Below are positions 13,398 to 26,195 of a stretch of DNA of 64,000 nt, piece after piece. Location of the stretch: assembly GCF_006345805.1 (NCBI RefSeq), contig NC_043002.1:99634001-99698000 (forward strand). The letters are read 5' to 3'. Numbering within the stretch: position 1 is the stretch's first letter; every line of letters starts with the position of its first letter. The translations under genes and the position numbers were made by a program. This stretch comes from Octopus sinensis. Taxonomy: Eukaryota. The notes beneath the pieces were generated by a model. That model searched no databases, was not told where the DNA came from, and saw only the letters and a list, made by a program, of their open reading frames with translations.

Positions 13398-14314
13398 GTA
13401 TGTATGTATAAGTGTAATTCTATGTGTGCACGTAAACTTGGTGATTTTTTTTCCTATCGTTACTCGGAGACTACTACCAACGATTTACTTGGATACTGTT
13501 TTTGCTTCCACTACTTTATTCGCAGTTTATTTAGTCTCGCTATAAAATCAGGACCAACAGGTTTTCTGTTGGTATCATGAAATGGTGTTCAAAATGATAT
13601 GGTTTCGTGAATGTGAAACAATTCGTTCAGACTCACTCAACTCTCCTTCTCTCTCTCTCTCGTTCTTCCAATGTACCAATAAAGAATAGTGGAACATTTT
13701 TTTGAAAAATGTATGCAAATTTTGGGGAGTTCAACTCTGCGAATAATTGTACGAGATTAAAAGCGTAATCAAAATTACTAAAGAAAACTAATCCAGCGGA
13801 TATTTCGAGAAATATATTACAGTTTTATAATCCATATATTTAATATTAAAAAAATTGTATCTACGGAGGTTTAAATCGCCCGGCAAGTTAGCAATTGATT
13901 CGAACCTAATTCGAATTTGGCGAAACGTCTTCTCATTTCATGATCTATATTCCATATCGAACCCAACTACAGAAGACTCTGACTAGGTTTTTATTAACAA
14001 AAGACATCTAGACATTCTGTTTCGTGGTATATAATTAGTGAGCCGCTCTGTTGTGATGAATGTTCGGTTATAAAATAAATAATTAAACATAGGAAGATGG
14101 GGCATGTGCAAAGGTGAAAGATGAGCGTAAACACTTTTTTTTATTTTTGTTTTTATTTAAGAGCAACAGAATACATAATCAATATTGTTAAAATAATAAT
14201 TGTTTTGTAAAACAGTCTCTCAAATATAATTACAAACTAAGAACGGAAAGCAATTAAAAGATAGACAACATAAACAACTGTATGTTTGTAGTGACAAGCA
14301 AATATAAATACACT

Positions 14315-14347
<33 letters not shown>

Positions 14348-14535
14348 CACAGAAACATACACACACACACAAACATACTCACACACATGTACATGTGTAT
14401 GTATAAATTCGCATAGACAAGTAAGTAGATAGATAGTGTGAGAGAGAGAGAGAGCGAGAGAGAGAGATACACGTATATACATTCATGGATAGATAGATAG
14501 ACAGACATACAGTCAGATAAATAGATAGACACACC

Positions 14536-14610
<75 letters not shown>

Positions 14611-14612
<2 letters not shown>

Positions 14613-14910
14613 AGGCGCAATGGCTCAGTGGTTAGGGCAGTGGACTAGCGGTCGTAGGATCGTGGTTTCGATTCCCAGACCGAGAGTTGTGAGGGTTTAT
14701 TGAGCGAAAACACCTAAGGCTCAACGAGGCTCTGGCAGGGGATGGTGGCGATCCCTGCTGTACTCTTTCTCCACAACTTTCTCTCACTCTTTCTTCTGTT
14801 GGCCTACTCGCTTAGCCAGTGGGGTGGCGTCATTCGAAGGCAAAAACAATGCGAAGCGCATTGTGACCAGCGGTGTATAGCAACATCTGATAGCCTGGTC
14901 GGTCATGTGA
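14611..14910 (+). mobile_element. SINE family B, tail type 1
   Basis: Homologous to 12625-12926. Confidence 0.9.
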
Positions 14911-16079
14911 AATATATATACATGTATGTATGTATGTATGTATGTATGTATGTATGTATGTATGTATGTTTGCATGTACGTACGTACAAGCAAGGTATAC
15001 ACTTCAAAATAATTTTGAAAATTATACATAATACTAACTTTTTGATAAATCAGCATGGAAAAATTGTAAATTTAATAAAAAAAAAAATTTCCATGCAAAA
15101 GTTCAGTGTCTACTTCCCAGTATTCTTCAACTCCTCGTCTACCCTCTTCATTCTCTGTCTCTACCTTTCTATCATCCTCTCTCAGCGTATCTATCAGTCT
15201 GTCTATCCACAACGATCCACAACGATTGAAAGAACTATCTGGCTAGATATTCACCCCATTCCTCATTCTCCGGCCTTCCTTTGTCGTCTATGTTAATATA
15301 ATCCAGTATATGACCCCAAGATATTTTACCCCAAGCAGATTTTCGTCATACTACTGCATACATTTCTGGTGACGAGATCAATATTAAGCGACTGGAAAGA
15401 CTCGTCATCTCCATAGTAATTTCAACCTTTCTCTGACTCTACGATGCGTAGTCTTGTTGCAAATAGATTGTATATATATATATATATACATAAATATGAG
15501 TGTGCGCAGGCATATATATAGGTGTGCGTTTTGCATATGTCTGCATGCATTATATACATATGTTTCTAAACATACGCGCACGCACACACTGAAACTGGCA
15601 CACAAACATATACGTTTATACCTCGATAATTATATACGCACAAAGACTGGCGCACGCATGCATATAGTGTGAGTTGGAGAGACATAGAGAGAGTGATGGA
15701 CAAAGGAAAAAGTAGAGAAATTGCATATACTGTTATCAGATGACAGAGGAGCGGCTTGTAATGAAGAATAAAATATAGGAAAAAAAAATGTAAAAAATCT
15801 AAAAGCTCACTAATTTTGTCACGTGTAATGCATTCTTCTCAATCAATTCCAAGTTAAACTTAAGTGCTTAAATAGGTCAATAAAAGTTGCAATCACAACG
15901 GAATTTTCAAATGACTTGCAATGAATACTATTAATATATGCAGGTGTGAATGTATCGGTGCGTGTGAATTTTACACAGGCACAGAGTCACGTACACACAG
16001 ACAAGCAAACACACACATTCACGAATGCGTGTGTGTATGTGTATGTCTATTTATGCAGGTTTTTGTGAGTATACATAAA

Positions 16080-16413
16080 TGTGTGTGTATGTATGTATAT
16101 CTATATATATATATGTATATATATGTTTATATATATATATATGTATGTATATATGTATATATATATTTATATATATATGTATATATATATTTATATATGT
16201 ATGTATATATATATTTATATATGTATGTATATATATATATTTATATATGTATGTATATATATTTTTTATATGTATGTATATATATATTTTTTATATGTAT
16301 GTATATATATATGTATGTATATATGTATGTATTTATGTATGTATATATGTATATATATATGTATGTATATGTATGTATATATGTATGTATGTATATATAT
16401 GTATATATATATG

Positions 16414-16444
<31 letters not shown>

Positions 16445-16527
16445 GCATGTATATATATATATGTATATATATATACGTACATATTTACATACATACACAC
16501 ATATATATATATATATACACTTGCATG

Positions 16528-16560
<33 letters not shown>

Positions 16561-16590
16561 TATATATATATATATGCATATATATATGTA
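16080..16590. repeat. Compound (TA)n/(TATG)n microsatellite
   Basis: Direct inspection; source of several spurious ORFs. Confidence 0.95.
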
Positions 16591-16598
16591 TGCATTAA

Positions 16599-16829
16599 GG
16601 CGGCGAGCTGGCAGAAACCTTAGCACGCCGAGCGAAATGCGTTACCTTATTTCGTCTGCCGTTACGTTCCGAGTTCAAATTCCGCCGAGGTCGACTTTGC
16701 CTTTCATCCTTCCGGGGTCGATAAATTAAGTAACAGTTACGCACTGGGGTCGATGTAATCGACTTAATCCCTTTGTCTGTCCTTTTTTGTCTCCTCTGTG
16801 TTTAGCCTCTTGTGGGTAGTAAAGAAATA
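16599..16829 (+). mobile_element. tRNA-derived SINE family C
   Basis: GGCGGCGAGCTGGCAGAA...GAGTTCAAATTCCGCCGAGGTCGACTTTGCCTTTCATCCTTCCGGGGTCGATAAA; the central block resembles the Meta/MESC SINE domain as I recall it (unverified). Confidence 0.9.
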
Positions 16830-17821
16830 TATATATGTATGCATGTATGTATGCATTTGTATATATATATAGATAGATAGATAAATAGATAGATAGATAA
16901 AACTTACTTGGAAATAGATGCGTGGCATTTGATCATAAAATAATATTAAGATATAAATAATACTAAGCGGCATATATACATATATGTACATACCTACATA
17001 TATATGTATATATACATACATATATCGGTAGAGGACGTCGAAAAAGCGTGATTAAAATGAAAAACGAGAACATAAAACAGCAAAAATATAGAAAACGAAC
17101 TTTTTATCGAACATCGAAAGAAAGAAATAGAGAAACGAGGAAGGCAACGTAAAGAACAATCCCTTTATCTGTTGTCCCCTGTTTTATCTACTCCACGTTT
17201 TGAATGTTGGGGCAAGACGCGACTTCGTTATAACAGTCGTTCCCGTAAAGCAAATTAAATAAAATTTGGGACAGTATGAACAAAACAGTAAAAGCAAAAG
17301 GTAAGGGCATTTAAGCAATAACGAGGTGAAGAAGTGAACGCTGGAGAAACGAGCTTTTGGGTTTTGTTTCAATTTTTTTTATGGATTGTGAAAAAACGTA
17401 TATTTTAATGGAATTTTTGAATTCCCTTGTTCGCTTCTGAGTACGTGTGTTGGTACGAATGTATCCACGTATTCTTTTAGGCACATGTAGACATACACAT
17501 GCACGCACGCACACTCGCACACGCACAGACACACAGACACATAGAAACACACCCATACACACACCATTTATATATATACATGTGCATGGAAGTTTGTATG
17601 TATGTATGATTCGTACGTATGTATGTACGTATGCTTGATAGAGTAGCAAAGGAACTTGCACTGGAATTTATGCCAGCTCTGTGGCATTTTCGGGAAAATA
17701 CAGATGGTTTTAAATTGAAATTGTGTTACTAGAAATTTACTTAAGCTCTTCGGATGGCTTGTAGCACAAAAGTGTTGCTTAGTAACATACTGTGTCGCGC
17801 AATCTTGGCCCGAAGGTTATA

Positions 17822-19117
17822 CGTGGTTCGATCATTAAGTATTTGGATTGTTACCATAGTAACGAAACTAAGGTATGCAGCGTAATGCCGCTTGGCATAG
17901 ATTGATCTTGTACTCTACTGTACCCGCACATTAAGTTTTAGTATTCTAGGTTACTTCTGCTGTTTGTAGCAATGCTTGGAAGGAACGTGTGTAGCGTGTG
18001 ATCGTTGCATTGACTATTCCAGAGAAAGGTGAGTAGAAATTCTGCATCGCATTTTGCCAACTGCTTGGCGATACCTGTTCAGAGGCCTACATAACGTTGC
18101 AGAAAGTGTATGGGGAGGAGTAATATGAGCCGCACACAAGTACACGAGTAGTTCAGACGTTTCCAAGATGGCCGACAAAATGCCGGTAGTGACGAACCTT
18201 CTGTGAGACACGTAACCAGCAGAACTAAAAGAAACATCGCAGATGTGCATGCAGTTATATGGAGAAATCGTCGAATCCCCATCCGTGAATTATCAGAGGA
18301 TGTGCAGATTAGTTTCGGTTCAGTTCAGTCTATTATCACTGAAGATTTGTGTATGATATGTCTGTCTAACCGATCTGTGCTAAATTTGCTTTCAGCTAAC
18401 CAAAATGACACTTGGGTTTCAGTTGTACAAGATCTTGATTGTGTCCAGAACGATGAAAACATTTTTAAAACATCCATAACGGGTGATGAATCTTGGGTAT
18501 ATGGCTATAACCCCCGAAACAGTGGAAGACCCGAACCTCCCCGAAACTGAAGAAAGTACTAATGTGTCGAAGCAATTTGAAGATACTGTTGACCGTTTTC
18601 TTCGACTGCAAAAGAATTGTTCATCATGTGTAAGCTCCATCTGGTCAGACAGTAAACAAGTAGTACTACCGTGTCGTTTTGCGGAGTTTGTGGGATGGTA
18701 TTCGTGGGAAACGTCCACAATTGCAGACGTCCGGTGAGTGGAAATTGCACCACGACAGGCAATTGCACCTGTGAGTGGCAATTGCATCTGCCCATTCCAC
18801 GCAGCTTGTGCAGCAGCTTTTGGTTAAACACAGCATTCTCCAGGTCCGCCAGCCACCGTATTCCCCAGATCTTACTCTTTGCGACTTTTTTCCGCTTTCC
18901 AAGAGTCAAATTCCACTTGAAAGGAAGAATACGACGAGGCAGCTGTTGATTATCCCAGAAAATGAATTTCAGGAATACTTCCATCGATGGAAACAGCTCT
19001 GTGGTAAGTGTATGGCTTCCTAAAGGGATTACTGTGAAGGAGATTAAATACTAAATTGGTACGGGTTGTAGTTTTGCTTTTATAAAACCGGTCCGGATAC
19101 TTATTGATCAGACCTCG
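17822..19117 (+). mobile_element. Full-length decayed mariner transposon (~1.3 kb)
   Basis: Imperfect TIRs CGTGGTTCGATCATTAAGTATTTGGA / TCCGGATACTTATTGATCAGACCTCG, each flanked by TA; motifs MSRTQVHE, ITGDESWVYGYNP, PPYSPDLTLCDFF with stops and frameshifts. Confidence 0.92.
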
Positions 19118-19368
19118 TATTAACGTTACATTTACAGATTCTCACTCTGACTGATCGAACAAAGGATAGATCATCGTCGAAAGACACCGGGAAACCCATC
19201 ACTCTTGTATGTATGTATATATATAAATATATATATATATATATACCTGAGTAAACACATAAATGTGAAACAAGGTGGAAAAAAAGAGTACTCTTTAAAT
19301 GTTGATTCGTTAGCTACTGCACGCATTTTTTTTCTCTCCTTCTTTCTGTGTTTTTCTCTCTCTGTGTA

Positions 19369-19406
19369 TCTTTCTGTTGAAGAGCGTAGGCTCGAAACGT
19401 TAAAGA
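19369..19406 (+). ncRNA. Minimal type-I hammerhead-like motif, one core substitution (A6U)
   Basis: TCTTT-CTGTTGA-A-GAGC gtag GCTC-GAAA-CG-TT-AAAGA; stems I, II and III all pair. Confidence 0.55.
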
Positions 19407-19523
19407 CTTGTTTTATTTATATTTCCTGAGCGCCATACTAATACAATTGTTCGTTTGTTTTCCACCTGCCTTCGTCTTTTGTTTATTTTCATAAAGCTTC
19501 CCGTTATATATATATATATATAT

Positions 19524-19588
<65 letters not shown>

Positions 19589-20060
19589 ATACACATCAAG
19601 ATCAGTAGAATTTGTGTGAATGTATGTATCTTTGTATATATCTACATACGCATGGATGTAAATATGTAAGTGTGTTCGTAAGCATGTGCATGTGTGTTTT
19701 ATAATGTCTCTGCAAGCTATGAGCTCGTGACGTCCAATTGTCTGAATCTTTATCAGATAACCAATTTGATATGCGGAGAATCGCTGCATTCTGTGAATAA
19801 GAATTGTTAGGTGTCACTAAGAAACAAAAATCATCATTTAATGTTGCACTATACACAAACACGCTGACACACAACGGATTTACATATTACAACAATAATA
19901 TTATTACCAGCGTTTCTATGATATTGGTAAATGTAGAACGATGGGAAGAGTGCTCAACACTGCAATGGTGGATAAATGCCTTGATTCTCAAATAAAGAAA
20001 TTATATGTATGTATGTGTGTGTGTATCTAAGTTTGTATGTATGCATATATGTAGCTATAC

Positions 20061-20091
<31 letters not shown>

Positions 20092-20143
20092 TGTATGTAT
20101 GTATGTATGTATGCATGTATGTATGTATGTATGCATGCATGCA

Positions 20144-20183
<40 letters not shown>

Positions 20184-20185
20184 GT

Positions 20186-20570
20186 GGAGGCGCAATGGCC
20201 CAGTGTTTAGGGCAGCGGACTCGCGGTCGTAGGATCGCGGTTTCGATTCCCAGACCGGGCGTTGTGAGTGTTTATTGAGCGAAAACACCTAAAAGCTCCA
20301 CGAGGCTCCGGCAGGGGATGGTGGTGATCCCTGCTGTACTCTTTCACCACAACCTTCTCTCACTCTTACTTCCTGTTTCTTTTGTACCTGTATTTCAAAG
20401 GGCCGGCCTTGTCACTCTCTGTGTCACGCTGAATATCCCCGAGAACTACGTTAAGGGTACACGTGTCTGTGGAGTGCTCAGCCACTTACACGTTAATTTC
20501 ACGAGCAGGCTGTTCCGTTGATTCGGATCAACCGGAACCCTCGTCGTCGTAACCGACGGAGTGCTTCCAT
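20186..20570 (+). mobile_element. SINE family B, tail type 2
   Basis: Same head as 12625; tail TCACGAGCAGGCTGTTCCG...CGTAACCGACGGAGTGC. Confidence 0.9.
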
Positions 20571-20661
20571 CCCATATATATATATATATAACGAATGGTT
20601 TACACCTGGTTGCTTACTGGTAAAACACGGTCACTTTCAAAGTGATCGTTAGGTATATAGT

Positions 20662-21086
20662 AAAAAAAGGAAGAAGATGGAATATACGAGAATTTATTAA
20701 TCACGACAATTGTTTCGACACATCTAGCATCAATTCCTGTTGGGCGGGACACTCAACAACTGGTTCAGGGGCATCCAGTGGTGCAGATGTATCTCGTCGA
20801 GTGATTAATAAATACAACTCGGTAAAATGACTGTTCCACTATATAACTTACCGTTTTGTGGAGAGAAAATCAGCCAGGGGGAGGAAGTATCCTGCTTTTC
20901 TCTCTACAAAACGGAAAGTCACATTGCGGAACAGTCATTTTAACGAGTTGTATTTAATTATCATCTGACGAGATACATCTGCATCACCGGATGCACTGAA
21001 TAGGAATAGATGCTAGATATGCCGAAACAATTGTCGTGATTAATAATAAATTCTCTCTATTTGGTGCCATCCTATCTCCTTTTTGT
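20662..21086. repeat. Diverged inverted pair of hammerhead-bearing PLE-like units
   Basis: Arms ~200 bp, each containing GAAACAATTGTCGTGAT; ~20 bp spacer. Confidence 0.85.
20960..21040 (+). ncRNA. Type-I hammerhead ribozyme motif, intact core
   Basis: ATCAT-CTGACGA-long imperfect stem II-GAAA-CAATTG-TC-GTGAT; GUC site at 21033-21035. Confidence 0.75.
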
Positions 21087-22540
21087 TGTCAGCTAAATTC
21101 TAAATGTACAATGAATTTGTATAATATTAATCGTTATTAAGACACGTAACCTAGTTTCTAAGTGGCTGAGCACACGATCGTTAAATCAGGGGGTCTCGAT
21201 TTCCCGACTGGGTGACTGCGTTTTTCCAGGAGCAAAACTCTTTATTTCACTTTGGTGCAGTATACCCTACTGAAAAAGTGTACTATCAGTATCAGTTGAC
21301 CCCCTTCTCCGGAGAGTCCGTGATTAACATAAATTAACATAAATCTCGATCTTACGAGCTTGTAAGCACGAAACAGACTGTATATCAACCCTTGCACTGC
21401 TTACTTTAGTAAAACGCTGAGCTTCCTGAAGCATTGATAGATTATCAACAAACAGGAATTGAACTATTTAAGTACCTCATCTTACATGGCCGACTTTGCC
21501 TTACATCACGAATGTTTCAATAGACTTGTAAATAAGTGTTGAGCTACATTTAATGAAATATACTATCCTCTAAAATATTTAGATTTATGGTAAAGCCAGA
21601 AATAAATCTTCTCTTAAGTAAGTTGGATCTAGATTGACAGAAACGTTTAGAGTATCTTACTAGACTGGACGCATTTATGCATTAACTTCCAGTCTATCCG
21701 AAGTCAACGTAACGTTTCAGCCATCTGAAGTCATTAACATAAGTATCAGTTTAATAGCAGTTTTGGTTTAATCGAAAAACCCCTTTCGCAAATTTGGGAG
21801 ACGTATAACTATATTAGGAATCTGTATTATTTGCATGTTGTTCTAATAGTCGGGCTCCCAATATATGTCATTCTTCAGGAACGATTGACAAGAAAGTCCT
21901 GAAATATTCTTTCTTTCTTTCTCATAAAAGTCCTTGTATTTAGTTTTAGGTAAATGACCTGCAAGATGTTTACATTAAACTTCACTTATATAAAGATTAA
22001 TGCTATAACTTGAAAGAAATGTTTTCGGAATTTTACAAAACGATCTACCTTAATAGCACATTTAGCTTGGGCTGAGTAGACTTTTGTATTAAAAGAAGAA
22101 TGGAGTATTGTTAAAATTGCTTTCTTAATTGTAATAGCATACAAATCTATTGCTTTCTGAGACGCCTGACCACTGCCCAACTCTCTATCACCTTTACATA
22201 TTCTTCTTGGGTGTATCAAAGTTTATATGAATATTATCCAAATTAATTTCGCACAACATATATGGTAGCGATATAGGAGAACAGTAAATCGTGATTTATT
22301 CATGTACATAACAATTCCATTGCTACGGAAATTGTTTTCCATCAGCAATGTTTGACAAATTCTGGAATCATTTAGGGAGATTCTAATGGTTTGTTGTACA
22401 CAAATCCCCTGTCACTTGTAACGAGATTTAACGATAAGGAAGATGTATATTGTGTCGTCGGGTAGCTTATTGGAGCATCCGCTTTTTTCTTAATCGAAAT
22501 TTTCTGTACTTTCAGTTTTGTGTTTGTATTTTTTCTGCAG

Positions 22541-22580
22541 GGACCAGTTCATTTTATTGTGTAGCTCCAAAGAAGTCTGA
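22541..22580 (+). CDS. Candidate 40-nt exon (TSSFYCVAPKKS)
   Basis: Strong acceptor GTATTTTTTCTGCAG and donor GTGAGT; one open frame. Confidence 0.4.
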
Positions 22581-23788
22581 GTGAGTAATCTTATTTTTTA
22601 AAGCTTTCTCGTTATGACAATTCTATACTTCTTTTGGATATTGTAAATCTGGTATTACATTTTCCAAAGTGGCACTCCTTATAATACGGTAGAGCGTAAT
22701 TTGAAGATGACGCTGCCATTTTTTCACAGTTCGAACGTCCATTTCGAAGAGTGTTTCTCAACCGTTTTTACCTATGGAACCCTTTCATTTCTATTTTAAT
22801 CGGATGGACCCTCACAGCATTTAGATGTTTAAAAATTCCTGCATCACGAGATGCAGCACGGAGTTTAGTCAGTGAACAGGTCGCGGTCTCAAAGCGAGGA
22901 AAATATTTTAACAAATTAAATTTCAATGTTGAAGTGAATCTAACGGTTTTGTGTGTTTCTTAAATGGGTTATAAACACCTTCCACGCTGCAATTGTTTTC
23001 GTTCCAGCACACGATCTCAGATCAAGTCACTCGCTATGTTTTGTTTTTATTTACGATTCAATTACCTATTAATTGCTTTTTATAATTAGTATATAATATT
23101 TCTAATTATAGTTTTATCAATATAATACCTTTATTTTACGGTTTTATATTAGCTTCTTCATAGCCATTCATTATTTTCCAAATTCCGTAAATGATCCTAC
23201 TATCGTTTTCATCATTAAAACCCTATCTATCCAAGTTCTTTTATCTATCTAAATTCCTCTGTCTCAATATAATATCTTGCTCTCATACCATGGTAATGAA
23301 TACACTTTAAATAATTGACTTTCCCCTTTTCACCCTTTTTCTTTTATTCTCTCTATTCCTTTTCTTTTTCGTCCTTCTTCGTTATCGTTTAAGAAAATAA
23401 AGTCTGATTGTTTGGTTCTCATCAAAACTGTTCTAATAATTTAGTAGCTATATACTCATAATTCATTGATTCTTACTCTTTTTTCCTTTGACATTGAAAC
23501 TGTTGTTGAATTGTATCTTAGGTAAATAGAGCCATCTCTTTCTTTATTGTTGAAAGGAGTAACAATGGTTTTCCTTTACTAACTTGCTACGAAACTAAGT
23601 AACCCCTACTAAGGCTATAAATTCTAAAATATCCCCTTCCTGTTTTGTTCCCTCCCACTTGAATGCACATTGGCGTTTTTGGTTAAACTCATTCTACGGT
23701 AAGAGCAAGTTGCGGCATCAAACGAAAAATATGTTCGTGCTGCGGATTTTGAATTATTTTAACTGCCCTTGATTGTAAGATTCATGTA

Positions 23789-23877
23789 TTCATCTGACGA
23801 AGACAGTTTTTTTTTATATAATGATATGATGTACTCATTGATCAATCAAAAAATTTGTTAGAAACAGCTGTAATGAA
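23789..23877 (+). ncRNA. Type-I hammerhead motif, intact core, weak long stem II
   Basis: TTCAT-CTGACGA...GAAA-CAGCTG-TA-ATGAA; stem I 5 bp, GUA site. Confidence 0.65.
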
Positions 23878-24659
23878 TTGACACCTGTCCATCAATTGTT
23901 ACTTACCTTTCTATATATAAAATTCTTTGTCTCTTCTCTCTGTCAGTCAATTTCCTATGCATTCTGAAAGAGCACGACTAAATCAATTGAAATTTTACAA
24001 GGTAATAGTATTAGACCCCGCGAGCGTCAACGTGTAATTTTATCTTCAATTGGATTAAAACAATATAGCATTTTATCTAACATAATCTTTCTATGGTCAA
24101 CTATATAGTGAAGGACAATTTATACCATGACGTCGACGACGATAACGTCACATTTTGTATATGAGTGTTTGTGTGCGTGTTTGCGCGTTTGTTACTTAAG
24201 TTAGGCCTCCGAGAATTAAGCAGACGCATATATTTACACATACATGGAAACTGACAAGTATATATGTGTGTGTGTGTATGTGAGAGTGCTTGTTTGTGTG
24301 AGTATACATACATTTTTGTGACGTCTGACACACTGACACACACATATAAAGAGAGACAGACACAAACAGAGGGAGCGAGATAGACCTTTATACAGTGAGA
24401 TACAGTTAAAGTATTAGATATTCAGAGAGAGAAAGAGAGAGGGAGGGAGAGAGAGTCTGTGTGCGTGTGTGTTACCCTGAAGTGTGCGTGAACGTGTGTC
24501 TGTTTTAGTACATGTATATAAGTGAATGTGAGAGTGTGTGTGAATATATGTGACTGTTTGTGAGTGTATGTGTGTGATGTACGTGTGTCTATGCGGTCAA
24601 ATAGTACTTTCACATAGATCTTACGGATAAAGCAATTCCTAATTTATCTGTCAATTACA

Positions 24660-25433
24660 CTGATGTAAGCTGGCTATGTGAAAGAGTCATATTGGTTCTA
24701 ACTAATGAAATGGCTGATAAACTCCATCATGAACTTCTCCAAAAGTTAATAGTTACATCAGAAATGACTTTTTGATCAATTCACACAACAGTCGATCAAA
24801 ATCAGGCTGTTCATTTCTGAACACACTTAAACCCACTGGTATGCCACCGCATAATTTGACTCTAGGTCAAATGGGTGCTTCCATTATGTTTCTTAGTAAT
24901 CTTGACGCACCTCGTCTGTGTAATGGAACTAGCTTAATTGTTACTTCCATAAAGCCCCATGTCTTGGAAGCAGCAATCATAGCAGAAAGTCACAAAGGAC
25001 AAAATGTCTTCCTCTCGTACCTACAGATGTTCCGTTTGAATTTAAGAGGCTTCAGTTTCCAGTGAAACTATGTTTTGCCATTTCAATTAACAAATTTCAG
25101 GGTCAGTCTCTCGAGGTAGTTGGACATGATCTCTCTATTGCATGCTTATCTTAGGGTCAGCTTTATGTTGCTTGCTCACGAGTTGGAAGTAGCAACAGTT
25201 TATTTATTTGGGCACCAACAAAAAATTACACAATGAATATAGTTTATCCTGTGGTGCTTCAAGATTGACAGATTTTCCGTTTTATATTCTATTATCATTA
25301 CAATTTGGATATTTTTAATGCCATATTGATATTTTGAAATAATTATGAGAAACCAAATACGTCTTCATATTTATTGTTTATTCATCTGAATAAGAACAGC
25401 AGTAACCCGGGCAACGCCGTATCATTCAGTTAG
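24660..25433 (+). pseudogene. Helitron Rep/Hel C-terminal (Pif1-like helicase) remnant with 3' terminus
   Basis: PTGMPPHNL, LCNGT, FEFKRLQFPVKLCFAISINKFQGQSL, GQLYVACSRV; hairpin-like CCCGGGCAACGCC then TTAGT. Confidence 0.92.
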
Positions 25434-25466
25434 TTTATATATATATATATATTAGTATGATTGTAT

Positions 25467-25750
25467 GGAGGCGCAACGACCCAGACCGGGCGTTGTAGGT
25501 ATTTATTGAGCGAAAACACCTAAAGCTCAACGAGGCCCCAGCAAGGGGTGGTGGCGAACCCTGGTGTACACTTTCACCACGAATTTCTCTCACTCTTGCT
25601 TCCTGTTTCTATTGTACCTGTATTTCAAAGAGCTATCTTTATCACACGTGTATGTGGAGTGCTCAGCCACTCGCACATTAATTTCACAAGCAGGCTGTTC
25701 CGTTGATCGCATCAACTGGAACCCTCGTCGTAAGCGACCGAGTGCCACGA
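25467..25750 (+). mobile_element. SINE family B, tail type 2, deletion in head
   Basis: Homologous to 20186-20570. Confidence 0.85.
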
Positions 25751-25775
25751 TATGAGTGTATAAATGTATATATTT

Positions 25776-26138
25776 ATTTATATGAATGATACGGCTATAT
25801 GAAACTTTTTTTTTAGATAGGAGGGGATATTAAAACCTCAATGTTAGCGCGCATGTAATGAAAGTTATCGAAACATTGTAAATTTCTCTTTATATTTAGG
25901 CTAATATTGAAGAAGTTTGAATCAAACATACCTGCATAAAACAAAATGCAAACCGTGAGTTCTCTGAGAATTACCTGTTTTATGCAGGTATGTTTGATTC
26001 AAACTTCAATAGTAACCTAAATATAAGGAGAAATTTACAATGTTTCGATAACTTTCATTACATGCGCGCTAACACTGAGGTTTTAATATCCCCTCCTATC
26101 TAAAAAAAGTTTCATATGGCCGTATACATTCATATAAA
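25776..26138. repeat. Inverted repeat, ~168 bp arms, 32 bp spacer
   Basis: Arms reverse-complementary with few differences; spacer 25944-25975. Confidence 0.92.
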
Positions 26139-26195
26139 TAAATACCTTGCAATATCTGTAACTAGGAAGGCGTTAACTAAAATTTGTAACATATA

